Positions 26,019 to 37,934 are shown, counted from the whole stretch's first letter. The stretch: 63,860 nucleotides of DNA, filler included, from Octopus bimaculoides (GCF_001194135.2; 5 parts of 4 records of this genome joined end to end with filler, not necessarily neighbours in it); one strand, 5' to 3'. The notes: generated from the letters alone by a model not told the origin. Program-made: numbers and translations.

Positions 26019-27550
26019 CTTTCTTTATTGGCCACAAGAACCACAAAAATATTCAGGACATCACAAAGGCATAGAACTGGGTATTTTCAAAAACAATTGT
26101 TACCAATAAAACAAAACAGTAACAATTAAGAAAAGAATTCTAAAATCAAAATTCCCTTATAAGGATCGGTGGATGGTATAAGCCACCCAGGTGTAACCAA
26201 GGTGCTCCACACATCCCAGTCACCCTGTTCATCGGTAGTGCCATGGCAAGTGCTTTTCTCTCCGTACTTTCAGTTCACAGACCAGTACTTGAGTAGATAC
26301 AAACACTCGTGTCATTCACGCTACATTCAGCTATCTTTTTACAAATTTATTTGGGAGGCTGTTCCATCCTTACCACCTTCTCCATCCTCACTCTCCTTTC
26401 CAAGCAGAATTAAAAGAAGTTGAATAGGGTTTGGTAGAAGAGGAGGGTGTCTGTTTTCAGCCCTTTCAGCTGTTCCACCTTCTAAAACAGTAGTTCTCAA
26501 CTTGGGTTCATACGGCCCCCGAGGGTACATATAAGATTTTTTGGGGTCCACACAACAAAGTAATACATTGGGGATTCACAATAATCTTTTAAGGGGCCTC
26601 TGAACTTGAGGAAACTCGATGACAATCAACTTGGTGGTTCTTTCCAAAGGACATTCAGGCCACGCATGCCCTTCCTGGAGACATTGCCAGTTCTGGATAA
26701 ACTCTATAGGCATCGTAGTGCCGTCAGCCTACACAGGTTAATGTGTGAAAAAGAAAATAGGGATTTTGAAAGAAGTATTTCTAAAACTAGTTTTTAAACA
26801 TAAAATGGTTATGGGGGTTAACCAGAATAAAATAGTAATCAAAGGGCTCCATAGGTAAAAAATGGTTGAGAACCCCTGATCTAAAATTTTTCGCCTGTCC
26901 ACCAAATAGACGAAAGCTGCTTGCCCTTCTCGGTTAAAGGAAGGTGGTGTAACGATCTTCACAATGGAATTGACTGATACCCGGATCCGTCTTCAATAGC
27001 TGTTCGATATAACTTCATAAGCTGGCAATGCTTGAGCGTTGCTCGAACGTGTGCAGGTCAGTTTCGTCGTTCTACGCACATTTCAAGCATGTCCAGCTGA
27101 CGGCATTACGATGCCTATGGAGTTTATCCAGAACTGGCAATGTCTCCAGGAAGGGCATGTGTGGCCTGAATGTCCTTTGGAAAGAACCACCTAGTTGATT
27201 GTAATCGAGTTTCCTCAAGTTGTTCGTCAAGTCTTCCTAGTTCTTATCCACCTTGAGGTCAGGGCCAAACTAAACCAAACCAAACCAAACCGCGAGTAAT
27301 TTAATCAGTCCTCTGTCCTGCGCTCTACGATACTGTTGCACGGCGCGGGTCTTCCTGTCCAGGTTTAGAGTTTCAGACCCAAAGACTTCGCCTGGTTAAT
27401 TTCTACTCCTGCCACAGCCTCGTATTCTTTTACAGTAGTGCCAACCATCTTTGCTTCTGTCCACGTCCAAAACCATCAACTTATCATTCGGGACAAAGAT
27501 GATTGTGCATATCTTGCAGAATGGATTTCAGTGCCTGTCTCGATGGCTAT
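26019..27550 (-). mobile_element. Tx1/L1-clade LINE 3' fragment, internally deleted and interrupted by a MITE
   Basis: Minus translation: MVLDVDRSK / VGTTVKEYEAVAGVEINQAKSLGL / FGPDLKVDKN / LPVLDKLHRH...CLKCA*NDETDLH / VKIVTPPSFNREGQAAFVYLV, continuing past the MITE as QLKGLKTDT...LFNFF. The 3' end reads cttgtggccaataaagaaag. Confidence 0.75.
26488..26878. mobile_element. hAT (Charlie-like) MITE
   Basis: TIRs cagtagttctcaac (26488-26501) / gttgagaacccctg (to 26878); 8-bp TSD ttctaaaa / atctaaaa. Confidence 0.85.
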
Positions 27551-27605
27551 CCGTGACTCTCGGTACGCGAGGTGGAGTGTTGTGAAAAACTGATAACAAC
27601 CACGT

Positions 27606-27727
27606 GGTTGGTACTCCGTCGGTTACGACGACGAGGGTTCCAGTTGGTCCGATCAACGGAACAGCCTGCTCGTGAAATTAACGTGCAAGTGGCTGAGCAC
27701 TCCACAGACACGTGTACTCTTAACGTA
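27606..27727 (-). mobile_element. SINE family C, 3' fragment
   Basis: ctccgtcggttacgacgacgagggttccag...acagacacgtgtac, near-identical to 36450-36560. Confidence 0.9.
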
Positions 27728-28688
27728 CGGAACGGTTAAATTACTCAGTGTTTGGATTGGTCGGTCCAGATCTCCAAGCAGAAAAAAAAACCAAAAAAAG
27801 CTGGGACGAATTAACGAGCAGGGAGGGCTGTCTCACCCAGAAATGGAGAGAGAAAGTTACCCCAAAAAGGGCAATAAGCAAAGTNNNNNNNNNNNNNNNN
27901 NNNNNNNNNNNNNNNNNNNNNNNNNNNNNNNNNNNNNNNNNNNNNNNNNNNNNNNNNNNNNNNNNNNNNNNNNNNNNNNNNNNNNNNNNNNNNNNNNNNN
28001 NNNNNNNNNNNNNNNNNNNNNNNNNNNNNNNNNNNNNNNNNNNNNNNNNNNNNNNNNNNNNNNNNNNNNNNNNNNNNNNNNNNNNNNNNNNNNNNNNNNN
28101 NNNNNNNNNNNNNNNNNNNNNNNNNNNNNNNNNNNNNNNNNNNNNNNNNNNNNNNNNNNNNNNNNNNNNNNNNNNNNNNNNNNNNNNNNNNNNNNNNNNN
28201 NNNNNNNNNNNNNNNNNNNNNNNNNNNNNNNNNNNNNNNNNNNNNNNNNNNNNNNNNNNNNNNNNNNNNNNNNNNNNNNNNNNNNNNNNNNNNNNNNNNN
28301 NNNNNNNNNNNNNNNNNNNNNNNNNNNNNNNNNNNNNNNNNNNNNNNNNNNNNNNNNNNNNNNNNNNNNNNNNNNNNNNNNNNNNNNNNNNNNNNNNNNN
28401 NNNNNNNNNNNNNNNNNNNNNNNNNNNNNNNNNNNNNNNNNNNNNNNNNNNNNNNNNNNNNNNNNNNNNNNNNNNNNNNNNNNNNNNNNNNNNNNNNNNN
28501 NNNNNNNNNNNNNNNNNNNNNNNNNNNNNNNNNNNNNNNNNNNNNNNNNNNNNNNNNNNNNNNNNNNNNNNNNNNNNNNNNNNNNNNNNNNNNNNNNNNN
28601 NNNNNNNNNNNNNNNNNNNNNNNNNATGTGTGTGTATAAATATGTATATATGTATATATATATGTACATACATTTCTATAAATGTTTG

Positions 28689-28738
<50 letters not shown>

Positions 28739-28903
28739 CACACATATGTAGCTATATGTCTGTGTATATATATATATATATATATGTATGCATATATAAA
28801 TATGTGTGTATATATACTTATATTTGTAAGTACATCAAAAAAGCATACATGCAAACATCCATTCATCCATCTATCCATTCATCGGTCCATACAGAGAAAC
28901 ACA

Positions 28904-28949
<46 letters not shown>

Positions 28950-29475
28950 TACAAACACATACATACACACACACACATACTCACACAGATATAATATCAA
29001 TTTTTTGATTAGGAAAATGAAGAGCAGAAGAGGAATAAAAAAGAGGGAAAGAAAGAGAAAAGGAAATAGAGGAAAAAATAAGAAGAAAAGCTACAAAAAT
29101 GTTCAAACTATTTTGTCTCTAGTATAAGAATTGCTATAGATGCTGTCAATCTATTTATCTCTCTCTCTCCCTTTCTATATATANNNNNNNNNNNNNNNNN
29201 NNNNNNNNNNNNNNNNNNNNNNNNNNNNNNNNNNNNNNNNNNNNNNNNNNNNNNNNNNNNNNNNNNNNNNNNNNNNNNNNNNNNNNNNNNNNNNNNNNNN
29301 NNNNNNNNNNNNNNNNNNNNNNNNNNNNNNNNNNNNNNNNNNNNNNNNNNNNNNNNNNNNNNNNNNNNNNNNNNNNNNNNNNNNNNNNNNNNNNNNNNNN
29401 NNNNNNNNNNNNNNNNNNNNNNNNNNNNNNNNNNNNNNNNNNNNNNNNNNNNNNNNNNNNNNNNNNNNNNNNNNN

Positions 29476-29526
<51 letters not shown>

Positions 29527-30349
29527 ATGTATGTATATATATATATATATATGTATGTGTGTATGTGTAAACATATATACATACATATAGATATTAATAT
29601 ATATATATATATATATGTATAAATGTGTGTATGTATATACATAAGTACATACATATATACATATATACATTAATATATATATATGTATGTATGTATGAGT
29701 GTATATATATATATATATATATGCATATATATGGAATAATTTCTATGAAGCATTGTGTAGAATATATTGTATAAAGTATTGTGGGTAAGGCCAGAACAAT
29801 GCGAAGTAAATGCAAAGCAAATCACAAGAAAACAAATATATGAATTAATGTAGACTTTCCTTGTATTCAATATTTCGGGGTTAATAACCCCATTTTCAAG
29901 AAATAAACGAATGTTGCCGATGTGGGTGTGTGTGAGCGTTGTGGAGTGGACATGCGCGGAAATGTGTTGCTATAGTAACCAGCTAGCTTCCTGTAACTCT
30001 CTCCTGTTGTTTATAATTGGTTTGTCTTAGTGAATGAGGATGGCCTTAGAGATTCTAAGGTTGCCCCTGTTCCGCTGTGTTGCGTTGATGGGCACTGTGA
30101 ATTCCTGGGTCTGGCATTTCCAGTAAAAAAAAAATTGAAAATATTTTCAAATGAAAAGGTGTGTGATTTAAGGAAGATTTAGCTGTTGTTTCTAGCACAT
30201 TCCATCACTACCAGATACATTTCTCAGGACCTACATGTAGACCTAGATTAAAAAAACAAACAAAATGTGAAAACTAATTCTTTGTTTTAGCATTAAAAGA
30301 ATAAATCAAAAGCATTGGAAACATCTGTGGGTTACAGCAAACTCGTTAG

Positions 30350-30444
<95 letters not shown>

Positions 30445-31019
30445 AAGAGAGAGAGAGTGAGAGAGAGTGAGAGAGAGAAAGAGAGAGAAAGAGAGAAACC
30501 CAAACCCAAAATGAATATGTAAACACTACCAGAAATTATCCGACTGTATTTAAAATCGGAAAAACCCCCCATCACATCGGACCTTGAGAGTCTACAAAGC
30601 AATATTCATTGCCCGATATAATTTCTAATGACCAAATTTGACCAATATTTCTAAAAGGAAAACGATATTTACATGTACAAGTATATCCGCTCGGTTTGCC
30701 CAGCGGATCCCCATACATTTTTAAAACAGGGAGAGGAAATAAACAACATTCTCAATACGACGATTCCATGCTAATTTTGGGCTCTAGAAAACTTATGTAC
30801 CCCAATTTACTGATAGAAATATACTTACTTAGCAATTAGTTCATCTATTTCTTGAAATTTTCGCTCAAACTCGATGTTTGAAGCCTTAGATTCGTGTTCT
30901 GTTTGAACCTCTCACCGCTCGGGACTAGGTCACTTTGATAAGTAACATCCGTATGCCACCCTCTTTATTGACTTTGCGCCTTTTCGTCATGTCGTCGCCA
31001 GATTCGGCAATGACCATAT

Positions 31020-31552
31020 TGAATGCGTGAGAAATTTTTCTTTCTTATGACATGAATCGTTCCATCTATTGAACATAGAGTTCTGCGTTGACCGTTTGGT
31101 TCCGTTCAAGCAATTCGTAATGGATAATCCCTTCCCAGTTCCACCATACGCACAACATCGTTTTACGCCAATGAAGATCTTGTTTCACGTGCGGTGTCAC
31201 TTGTTTACTGGGGCTAAGCCATTCCTTACGCTGCTTCATATTGATGTACAGGCACCATTTTTTGTCGCCAGTAACGATTCGGTAAAGAAATCNNNNNNNN
31301 NNCTTCATATTGATGTACAGGCACCATTTTTTGTCGCCAGTAACGATTCGGTAAAGAAATCGTTGCTTGTGTCCATGAGTTGAGCGGTGACGAACAAGCA
31401 AACTAAACTAGCGGAGATTGTGGCTCGTTGATTTTTGTTGTCATTTAAAGCATGCGGAACCCATGCTCCATACTTCTGAACTTTTCCCATCGAGTGAAAA
31501 TGCTTCTCTATAGCAGTGTGGGAGCGTTCCATTTTCTCTGCCAGTTCCGTTG
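31020..31552 (-). mobile_element. Mariner transposase fragment
   Basis: TELAEKMERSHTAIEKHFHSMGKVQKYGAWVPHAL...FLYRIVTGDKKWCLY...KTMLCVWWNWEGIIHYELLERNQTVNAELYVQ (WVPHEL and TGDEKW motifs). Confidence 0.9.
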
Positions 31553-32546
31553 NNNNNNNNNNNNNNNNNNNNNNNNNNNNNNNNNNNNNNNNNNNNNNNN
31601 NNNNNNNNNNNNNNNNNNNNNNNNNNNNNNNNNNNNNNNNNNNNNNNNNNNNNNNNNNNNNNNNNNNNNNNNNNNNNNNNNNNNNNNNNNNNNNNNNNNN
31701 NNNNNNNNNNNNNNNNNNNNNNNNNNNNNNNNNNNNNNNNNNNNNNNNNNNNNNNNNNNNNNNNNNNNNNNNNNNNNNNNNNNNNNNNNNNNNNNNNNNN
31801 NNNNNNNNNNNNNNNNNNNNNNNNNNNNNNNNNNNNNNNNNNNNNNNNNNNNNNNNNNNNNNNNNNNNNNNNNNNNNNNNNNNNNNNNNNNNNNNNNNNN
31901 NNNNNNNNNNNNNNNNNNNNNNNNNNNNNNNNNNNNNNNNNNNNNNNNNNNNNNNNNNNNNNNNNNNNNNNNNNNNNNNNNNNNNNNNNNNNNNNNNNNN
32001 NNNNNNNNNNNNNNNNNNNNNNNNNNNNNNNNNNNNNNNNNNNNNNNNNNNNNNNNNNNNNNNNNNNNNNNNNNNNNNNNNNNNNNNNNNNNNNNNNNNN
32101 NNNNNNNNNNNNNNNNNNNNNNNNNNNNNNNNNNNNNNNNNNNNNNNNNNNNNNNNNNNNNNNNNNNNNNNNNNNNNNNNNNNNNNNNNNNNNNNNNNNN
32201 NNNNNNNNNNNNNNNNNNNNNNNNNNNNNNNNNNNNNNNNNNNNNNNNNNNNNNNNNNNNNNNNNNNNNNNNNNNNNNNNNNNNNNNNNNNNNNNNNNNN
32301 NNNNNNNNNNNNNNNNNNNNNNNNNNNNNNNNNNNNNNNNNNNNNNNNNNNNNNNNNNNNNNNNNNNNNNNNNNNNNNNNNNNNNNNNNNNNNNNNNNNN
32401 NNNNNNNNNNNNNNNNNNNNNNNNNNNNNNNNNNNNNNNNNNNNNNNNNNNNNNNNNNNNNNNNNNNNNNNNNNNNNNNNNNNNNNNNNNNNNNNNNNNN
32501 NNNNNNNNNNNNNNNNNNNNNNNNNNNNNNNNNNNNNNNNNNNNNN

Positions 32547-32596
<50 letters not shown>

Positions 32597-32603
32597 CACA
32601 TAA

Positions 32604-32770
32604 ATACGACAGCCTTCTTTCGGTTTCCGTCTATCAAATTCACTCGCAAGGCTTTGGTCGGCCCGAAGCTATAGTAGAAGACACTTGCCCAAGGTGCCAC
32701 GCAGTGAGAGTAAACCCGGAACCATGTGATTGGTAAGCGAGCTACTTACCACACAGCCACACCTGCGCCT
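32604..32770 (-). mobile_element. SINE family B, 5' half
   Basis: aggcgcaggtgtggctgtgtggtaagtagc...caccttgggcaagtgtcttctactatagc. Confidence 0.9.
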
Positions 32771-33002
32771 TTGAAACTTATATAGTGCCTTTATAAACAG
32801 GGCTAATTTAGCTGTTTTCTGTAGATTGGAAAAGAAAATAAGCAGACTTATTTGATTGTCAAATCCTATTGTGTTCTCATCAGAGGTGTCGACATTAATT
32901 TGACCAATCCCAGAGAGACAAGCAATCAATCTGCCTATATACTCAATAATGGAGCTACTAATTTGTGTACCATGTGTTTTAACAGAACTTTCTAAGACAC
33001 CT

Positions 33003-33493
33003 CAACACTTTTTGCTGCAAAATAGGGGTAGTTTATCCTGTTCAGGTTATACTGTTAACATTATTCTGCGTTTGAGAATTTAAAAATCACTTCTTTAACT
33101 TTCTAAGACATCTCAACGCTTCTAAAAGCAAACTTCGTTTGTTTGCTTACGTTCATCGTAATTTGAATTTAACGTATGATAGCGTCTCATAAAGCGAGAT
33201 TTCTATACGTCTTAAATTTGCAGAAGAATTTACGGTGACGGCAGTTTAGCTTAATCGGTCTAGAGCACCGCGACGTGTAATCACGGAGGTGTGAGCTCGA
33301 GTCTCATACCTGTCCGCCAACACTTTTTTCTGCAAAATAGGGGTAGCTTATCCTGTTCAGGCTATATTATTAGCATTATCCTGCGGTTAAGAATTTAAAA
33401 ATCACTTCTTTAACTTTCTAAGACTTCTCAACGCTTCTAAAAGGAAACTTCGTTTGTTTGTTTGCGTTCATCGTAATTTGAATTTAACTTATG
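33003..33493. repeat. ~175-bp direct repeat with 315-bp period flanking the tRNA-like sequence
   Basis: caacacttttt..ctgcaaaatagg...ttcatcgtaatttgaatttaac at 33003-33178 and 33318-33493. Confidence 0.9.
33240..33315 (+). pseudogene. tRNA-like sequence (pseudo-tRNA, TGT in the anticodon position) with a downstream T6 run
   Basis: Acceptor GGCAGTT/ACCTGTC (6/7), D-stem GCTT/GAGC, anticodon arm CGCGA-CGTGTAA-TCACG, T-arm GTGAG-CTCGAGT-CTCAT; TTTTTT at 33324-33329. Confidence 0.6.
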
Positions 33494-33626
33494 TTTAAAT
33501 ATCGGGTGATCTCAGAGATCTCAGTCCACAGAGTATGACGTAATAATATATGTAACTTATAAAGTAGGTATTTAAACAAGAGATAGTTTAGATGTTTCTC
33601 TATATATTGGGGGAAAAAAGCGATAA

Positions 33627-33675
33627 AGAACCTTAATCGGTTTTCGAATCTTATCGGAGTCTCATCAGAGGGTCT
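33627..33675 (-). ncRNA. Minimal type-I hammerhead motif (array copy B1)
   Basis: AGACCCT-CTGATGA-GACTC(CGATAA)GATTC-GAA-AACCGATT-A-AGGTTCT; helix I 6/7, helix II 4/5. Confidence 0.7.
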
Positions 33676-33920
33676 ACATTAATTTGACCAACCCAAGAGA
33701 AACAAAAGGCCATTCTGTTTATTTACTTCACAGTAGCTACAGGAAACAGGAGCTACTAATCTGTATACTCTATGTGTTAACACTTATTTCTAAATATCGG
33801 GTCTGTTAACGGAGATCTCAGTCCACAGAGTATTACGCAATAATATATGTAACTTATAAAGTAGATATATAAACAAGGGTTAGTTTAGCTGTTTCTCTAT
33901 AGATTGGAAATAAACGATGA

Positions 33921-33969
33921 AGAACCTTAATCGATTTTCGAATCTTATCGGGGTCTCATCAGAAGGTCT
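33921..33969 (-). ncRNA. Minimal type-I hammerhead motif (array copy B2)
   Basis: AGACCTT-CTGATGA-GACCC(CGATAA)GATTC-GAA-AATCGATT (perfect palindrome)-A-AGGTTCT; helix II is weakened to 3/5. Confidence 0.7.
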
Positions 33970-35716
33970 ACAGCAATTTGACCAACCCAAGAGAAACAAG
34001 AGGCCATTCTGTTTATTTACTTAACAATAGCTACAGAAAACTGGAGCTAGAGAGACTAGATGTTCGCAGATAAGCCAACCAAGTTCAATTTTCGTTTACC
34101 TAAGCGAGATTTTTTAGTTTCTAGGAGTGCATAATGACCCAACCTTAACAGGTAGTTGGTGCGATAGGTTTATGTCTCTGAGAGTCAAACAAACGGTAAG
34201 AATTGACCTAGAATGGATTCTGTACATTCTGTCCTCTTTGATGTTGAGGTGAATATAACTACAAAGAAATATAAGATGAAATAATCGAAGAGATCAATGT
34301 TTGGGTTTATATACATAAAACTGACACACACATGATTTTGCTCAAAAACTTACGCACACAACACACAAGCTTACTCACACACATACATGAACACACGCAA
34401 ACACATGTGCGAGCATAAACGCAGAGACATAGAGACATAAATACACACAGAAGAAAAAAACGTCTGTGTTTGTGTGTGTATTTACGTGTGTGTATGTGTG
34501 CATAAATGTGTATGCGTGTGAATGTGCGTGTGTGCGAGGACACATGCATACACGCATACGCATGCACCGTACACACACACACACACATACGAATAGCTTG
34601 CAACACGCACATACATACACACAAATACTTACGCATACACGCACACACACACTCATATATACATACACATTTATAGACATAAACGTACTTAGATATACAT
34701 ACATGAATATATAAACACACAACCACAACCACAAACATACACAAACACACAACCATCACCATCATCACTATCATCATGATGACCACAAGTGACGCCATTA
34801 CAATCACTACTACCGCCTGTACCACCACGACCATCACCGTCAATACTACCACCGTCCCAACAACAACACCACTAGTACCACCACAACCGGTACTGCCATC
34901 ACCACCACCACCACCACCACCACCACCACCACCACNNNNNNNNNNNNNNNNNNNNNNNNNNNNNNNNNNNNNNNNNNNNNNNNNNNNNNNNNNNNNNNNN
35001 NNNNNNNNNNNNNNNNNNNNNNNNNNNNNNNNNNNNNNNNNNNNNNNNNNNNNNNNNNNNNNNNNNNNNNNNNNNNNNNNNNNNNNNNNNNNNNNNNNNN
35101 NNNNNNNNNNNNNNNNNNNNNNNNNNNNNNNNNNNNNNNNNNNNNNNNNNNNNNNNNNNNNNNNNNNNNNNNNNNNNNNNNNNNNNNNNNNNTCATCATT
35201 CCAACATCCACCCCCCCCCTTTCAACTCCGAAGCACAACATCAACAGCCAGGAAGCAAATGATACATAAAATATGAAACAGAATAGAGAAGATGGCGATC
35301 GTGTGACCAAGGTTGGGGGGGGGGTTGAAGTTTATTGAATCTAAACAGCGAACATGAAAAACAAAATGGACGACATCAAAGAAATTGAATCGATGACGTT
35401 GTAGGCCGAATGAGATAGCTTCGGTTCAGTTTATATTTCGTCAAAATATCGATGACTCTATTTTTATTTGAAGAAATAAAAGCGAGGAAGAAAAAATATT
35501 TGTATTTCTTTTTCATTTTAAGGAACTTATTTATTCTTGTGAATTCAACAGCTGCTATCGGTCCGCAGATTACATCACTGGTATTGTAAAACTGGTTAAT
35601 ATATACATACATGCACAAATACGCACGCACGCACACATATATACACACACAATCACACACACACACACACACACACATCCATCTATGTATGTGTGTGTGT
35701 ATATATATGCATATGC

Positions 35717-35778
<62 letters not shown>

Positions 35779-35970
35779 GCACAAACACACATGTATATAT
35801 GTATGTGTGTATATATGTATGTATATGCATGTATACATACACACAAACATACATACACACACCGATGTATGTATGTATGTGTATATATATATATATGTGT
35901 GTGTATATGCATATGTATATATATATACACACGCACGCACACACACACACACACATATATATGTATGTAT

Positions 35971-36030
<60 letters not shown>

Positions 36031-36443
36031 AAAATATATATGTATATGCATGTAGATATACACACACACAAACGTGCATACACACACCCATGTATGTATG
36101 TGTGTATATATATGTATATGCATGTATATATATATATACACACACGCGCACACATATATGTATGTGTGTATACATATGTATATACATGTATACACACACA
36201 CACACACAAACACATATATATGTATGTATGTATGTATAAATCTATGTACATATGTACGTAAATAACACAAGAGCCTGTTTTGAATAAATCTTAAATTCGT
36301 ACAAAATGGAGGGAGACCTATTCGAAAGTGCTCAACGAAATACTATACAAGAACCAAGGGATATATGCGCGAAAACTATCGTTGATGATACAGAAATGAA
36401 ATAGAATTGTAAAACAAGTGTTACTATAAAACCGGTGTTGTGT

Positions 36444-36828
36444 GTTGGCACTCCGTCGGTTACGACGACGAGGGTTCCAGTCGATCCGATCAACGGAACA
36501 GCCTGCTCGTGAAATTAACGTGCAAGTGGCTGAGCGCTCCACAGACACGTGTACCCTTAACGTAGTTCTCGGGGATATTCAGCGTGACACAGAGTGTGAT
36601 AAGGCTGGCCCCTTTGAAATACAGGTACAACAGAAACAGGAAGTAAGAGTGAGAGAAAGTTGTGGTGAAAGAGTACAGCAGGGTTCGTCACCATCCCCTG
36701 CCGGAGCCTCGTGGAGGTTTAGGTGTTTTCGCTCAATAAACACTCACGATGCTTGGGCTGGGAATCGAAACCACGATCCTACGACCGCGAGTCCGCTGCC
36801 CGAGCCACTGGGCCCCATTGCGCCTCCA
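36444..36828 (-). mobile_element. SINE family C, full length
   Basis: tRNA-like head tggaggcgcaatgg..cccagtggc...gtttcgattccc; tail aaccgacggagtgccaacac. Confidence 0.9.
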
Positions 36829-36842
36829 CATAAAACCGGTAT

Positions 36843-37065
36843 AAAGGCGACGAGCCGGCAGAATCGTTAGCACGCCGGACAAAATGCTCAGCGTCATTTT
36901 CTCTGTCTTTACGTTCTGAGTTCAAATTCCGCCGAAGTCGACTTTGCCTTTCATCCTTTCGGGGTTGTTAAAATAAGTGCTAGTTGAACGCTGGGGTTGT
37001 TGCAATCGACTTCATTCTCCCCACGAAATAATTGCTGGCCTCGTGCCGAAATCTGAAACCATTAT
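36843..37065 (+). mobile_element. SINE family A, head-to-head with family C
   Basis: aaggcgacgagccggcagaatcgttagcacg...gcctttcatcctttcgggg. Confidence 0.85.
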
Positions 37066-37183
37066 AAAACAGATATAGCAAATGCCTTATGATTCCATGA
37101 TCTCGAATAGTTTCGTGCCATCAACCAGGGGATAAAGCCAGAGCTGGCACGCGCACAGACACACACACACATAAATTTATTCA

Positions 37184-37929
37184 ATAAAATCGCCATTGGC
37201 TTCAACCATGGCCTCCACACCTCTTCGGAATATTTCTGCAACTCGTCTGGACAGTCTCCTTGTTTAAGTTGGTGAATGCTGCCATAATCCTTGCCTTCAG
37301 TTCATATTTGGTGTTACAAGGGGTTTTGTTGGTCTCTCGCTCAATTGTACCCCACACATAATAATCAAGGGGGTTGCAGTCTGGGGAGTTAGGTGGCCAG
37401 ATGTTAACGGTGATGTGGTTGCAGAAATTGTCTGACAGCCATGACTGGGATTCTCCTGTTTGTGTGGCATGGTGCAGAGTCCTGTCGCCAGACATAGTGT
37501 CTTCTAGCAGCCACCCTCTTGACCTAGGATAGCACTACGTCCTCCAGACACTTGATGTAGTCCTCCGTGTTGAGTCTGAGGCTGAGTGGGAAGATGAATG
37601 GAGGCATAACGTCGCCATCACTAGTGGTCGCTCCAAACATCATGATGTTGAATGGATGTTTGATTTTTATCACTCTTGGTACATGTCCTCAGATTGACAC
37701 CCAAACACTCTGAAATGTTCGTATTGGTGCTTCCGGCGCGAATGCCAAGCATACACCATGTCGTTTCTAAATTTCTGGCAGAGTGAACTGTGTCATGGTG
37801 CTGTTTTTCTCACAGACGGCGCCCAACTGACCCTACTATACTGTGTAGTCAACAAAATCAAAACCAAATCATGTGCATGCGCGTCATTAGAAATATGAAA
37901 TGTCAACAATTTATCCATCGCACCCTGTA
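37184..37929 (-). mobile_element. Tc1/mariner superfamily DD37D (maT-like) transposon, internally deleted
   Basis: 5' TIR-like tacagggtgcgatggataaattg (37929); WRQDSAPCHT...WPPNSPDCNPLDYYVWG gives 37 residues between the two Asp after removing one extra base. Confidence 0.8.
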
Positions 37930-37934
37930 TATTT

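Larger units (their letters stand above)
32775..34049 (-). repeat. Tandem ~295-bp repeat (three copies) each with a minus-strand hammerhead motif; retrozyme-like
   Basis: Units at ~32775-32990 (diverged), 33496-33790 and 33791-34049 share gagatctcagtccacagag, aacttataaagtag, tctcatcag and aatttgaccaa.ccaagagaaacaa. Confidence 0.8.

Noticed and set aside
31234-31361. 59-bp direct repeat in the mariner fragment
   Set aside because: The identical copies flank a 10-N gap, indicating an unmerged contig overlap.
35376-36270. Gap-free 200-290 aa ORFs
   Set aside because: Pure (TA)/(CA)/(TG) microsatellite translation.
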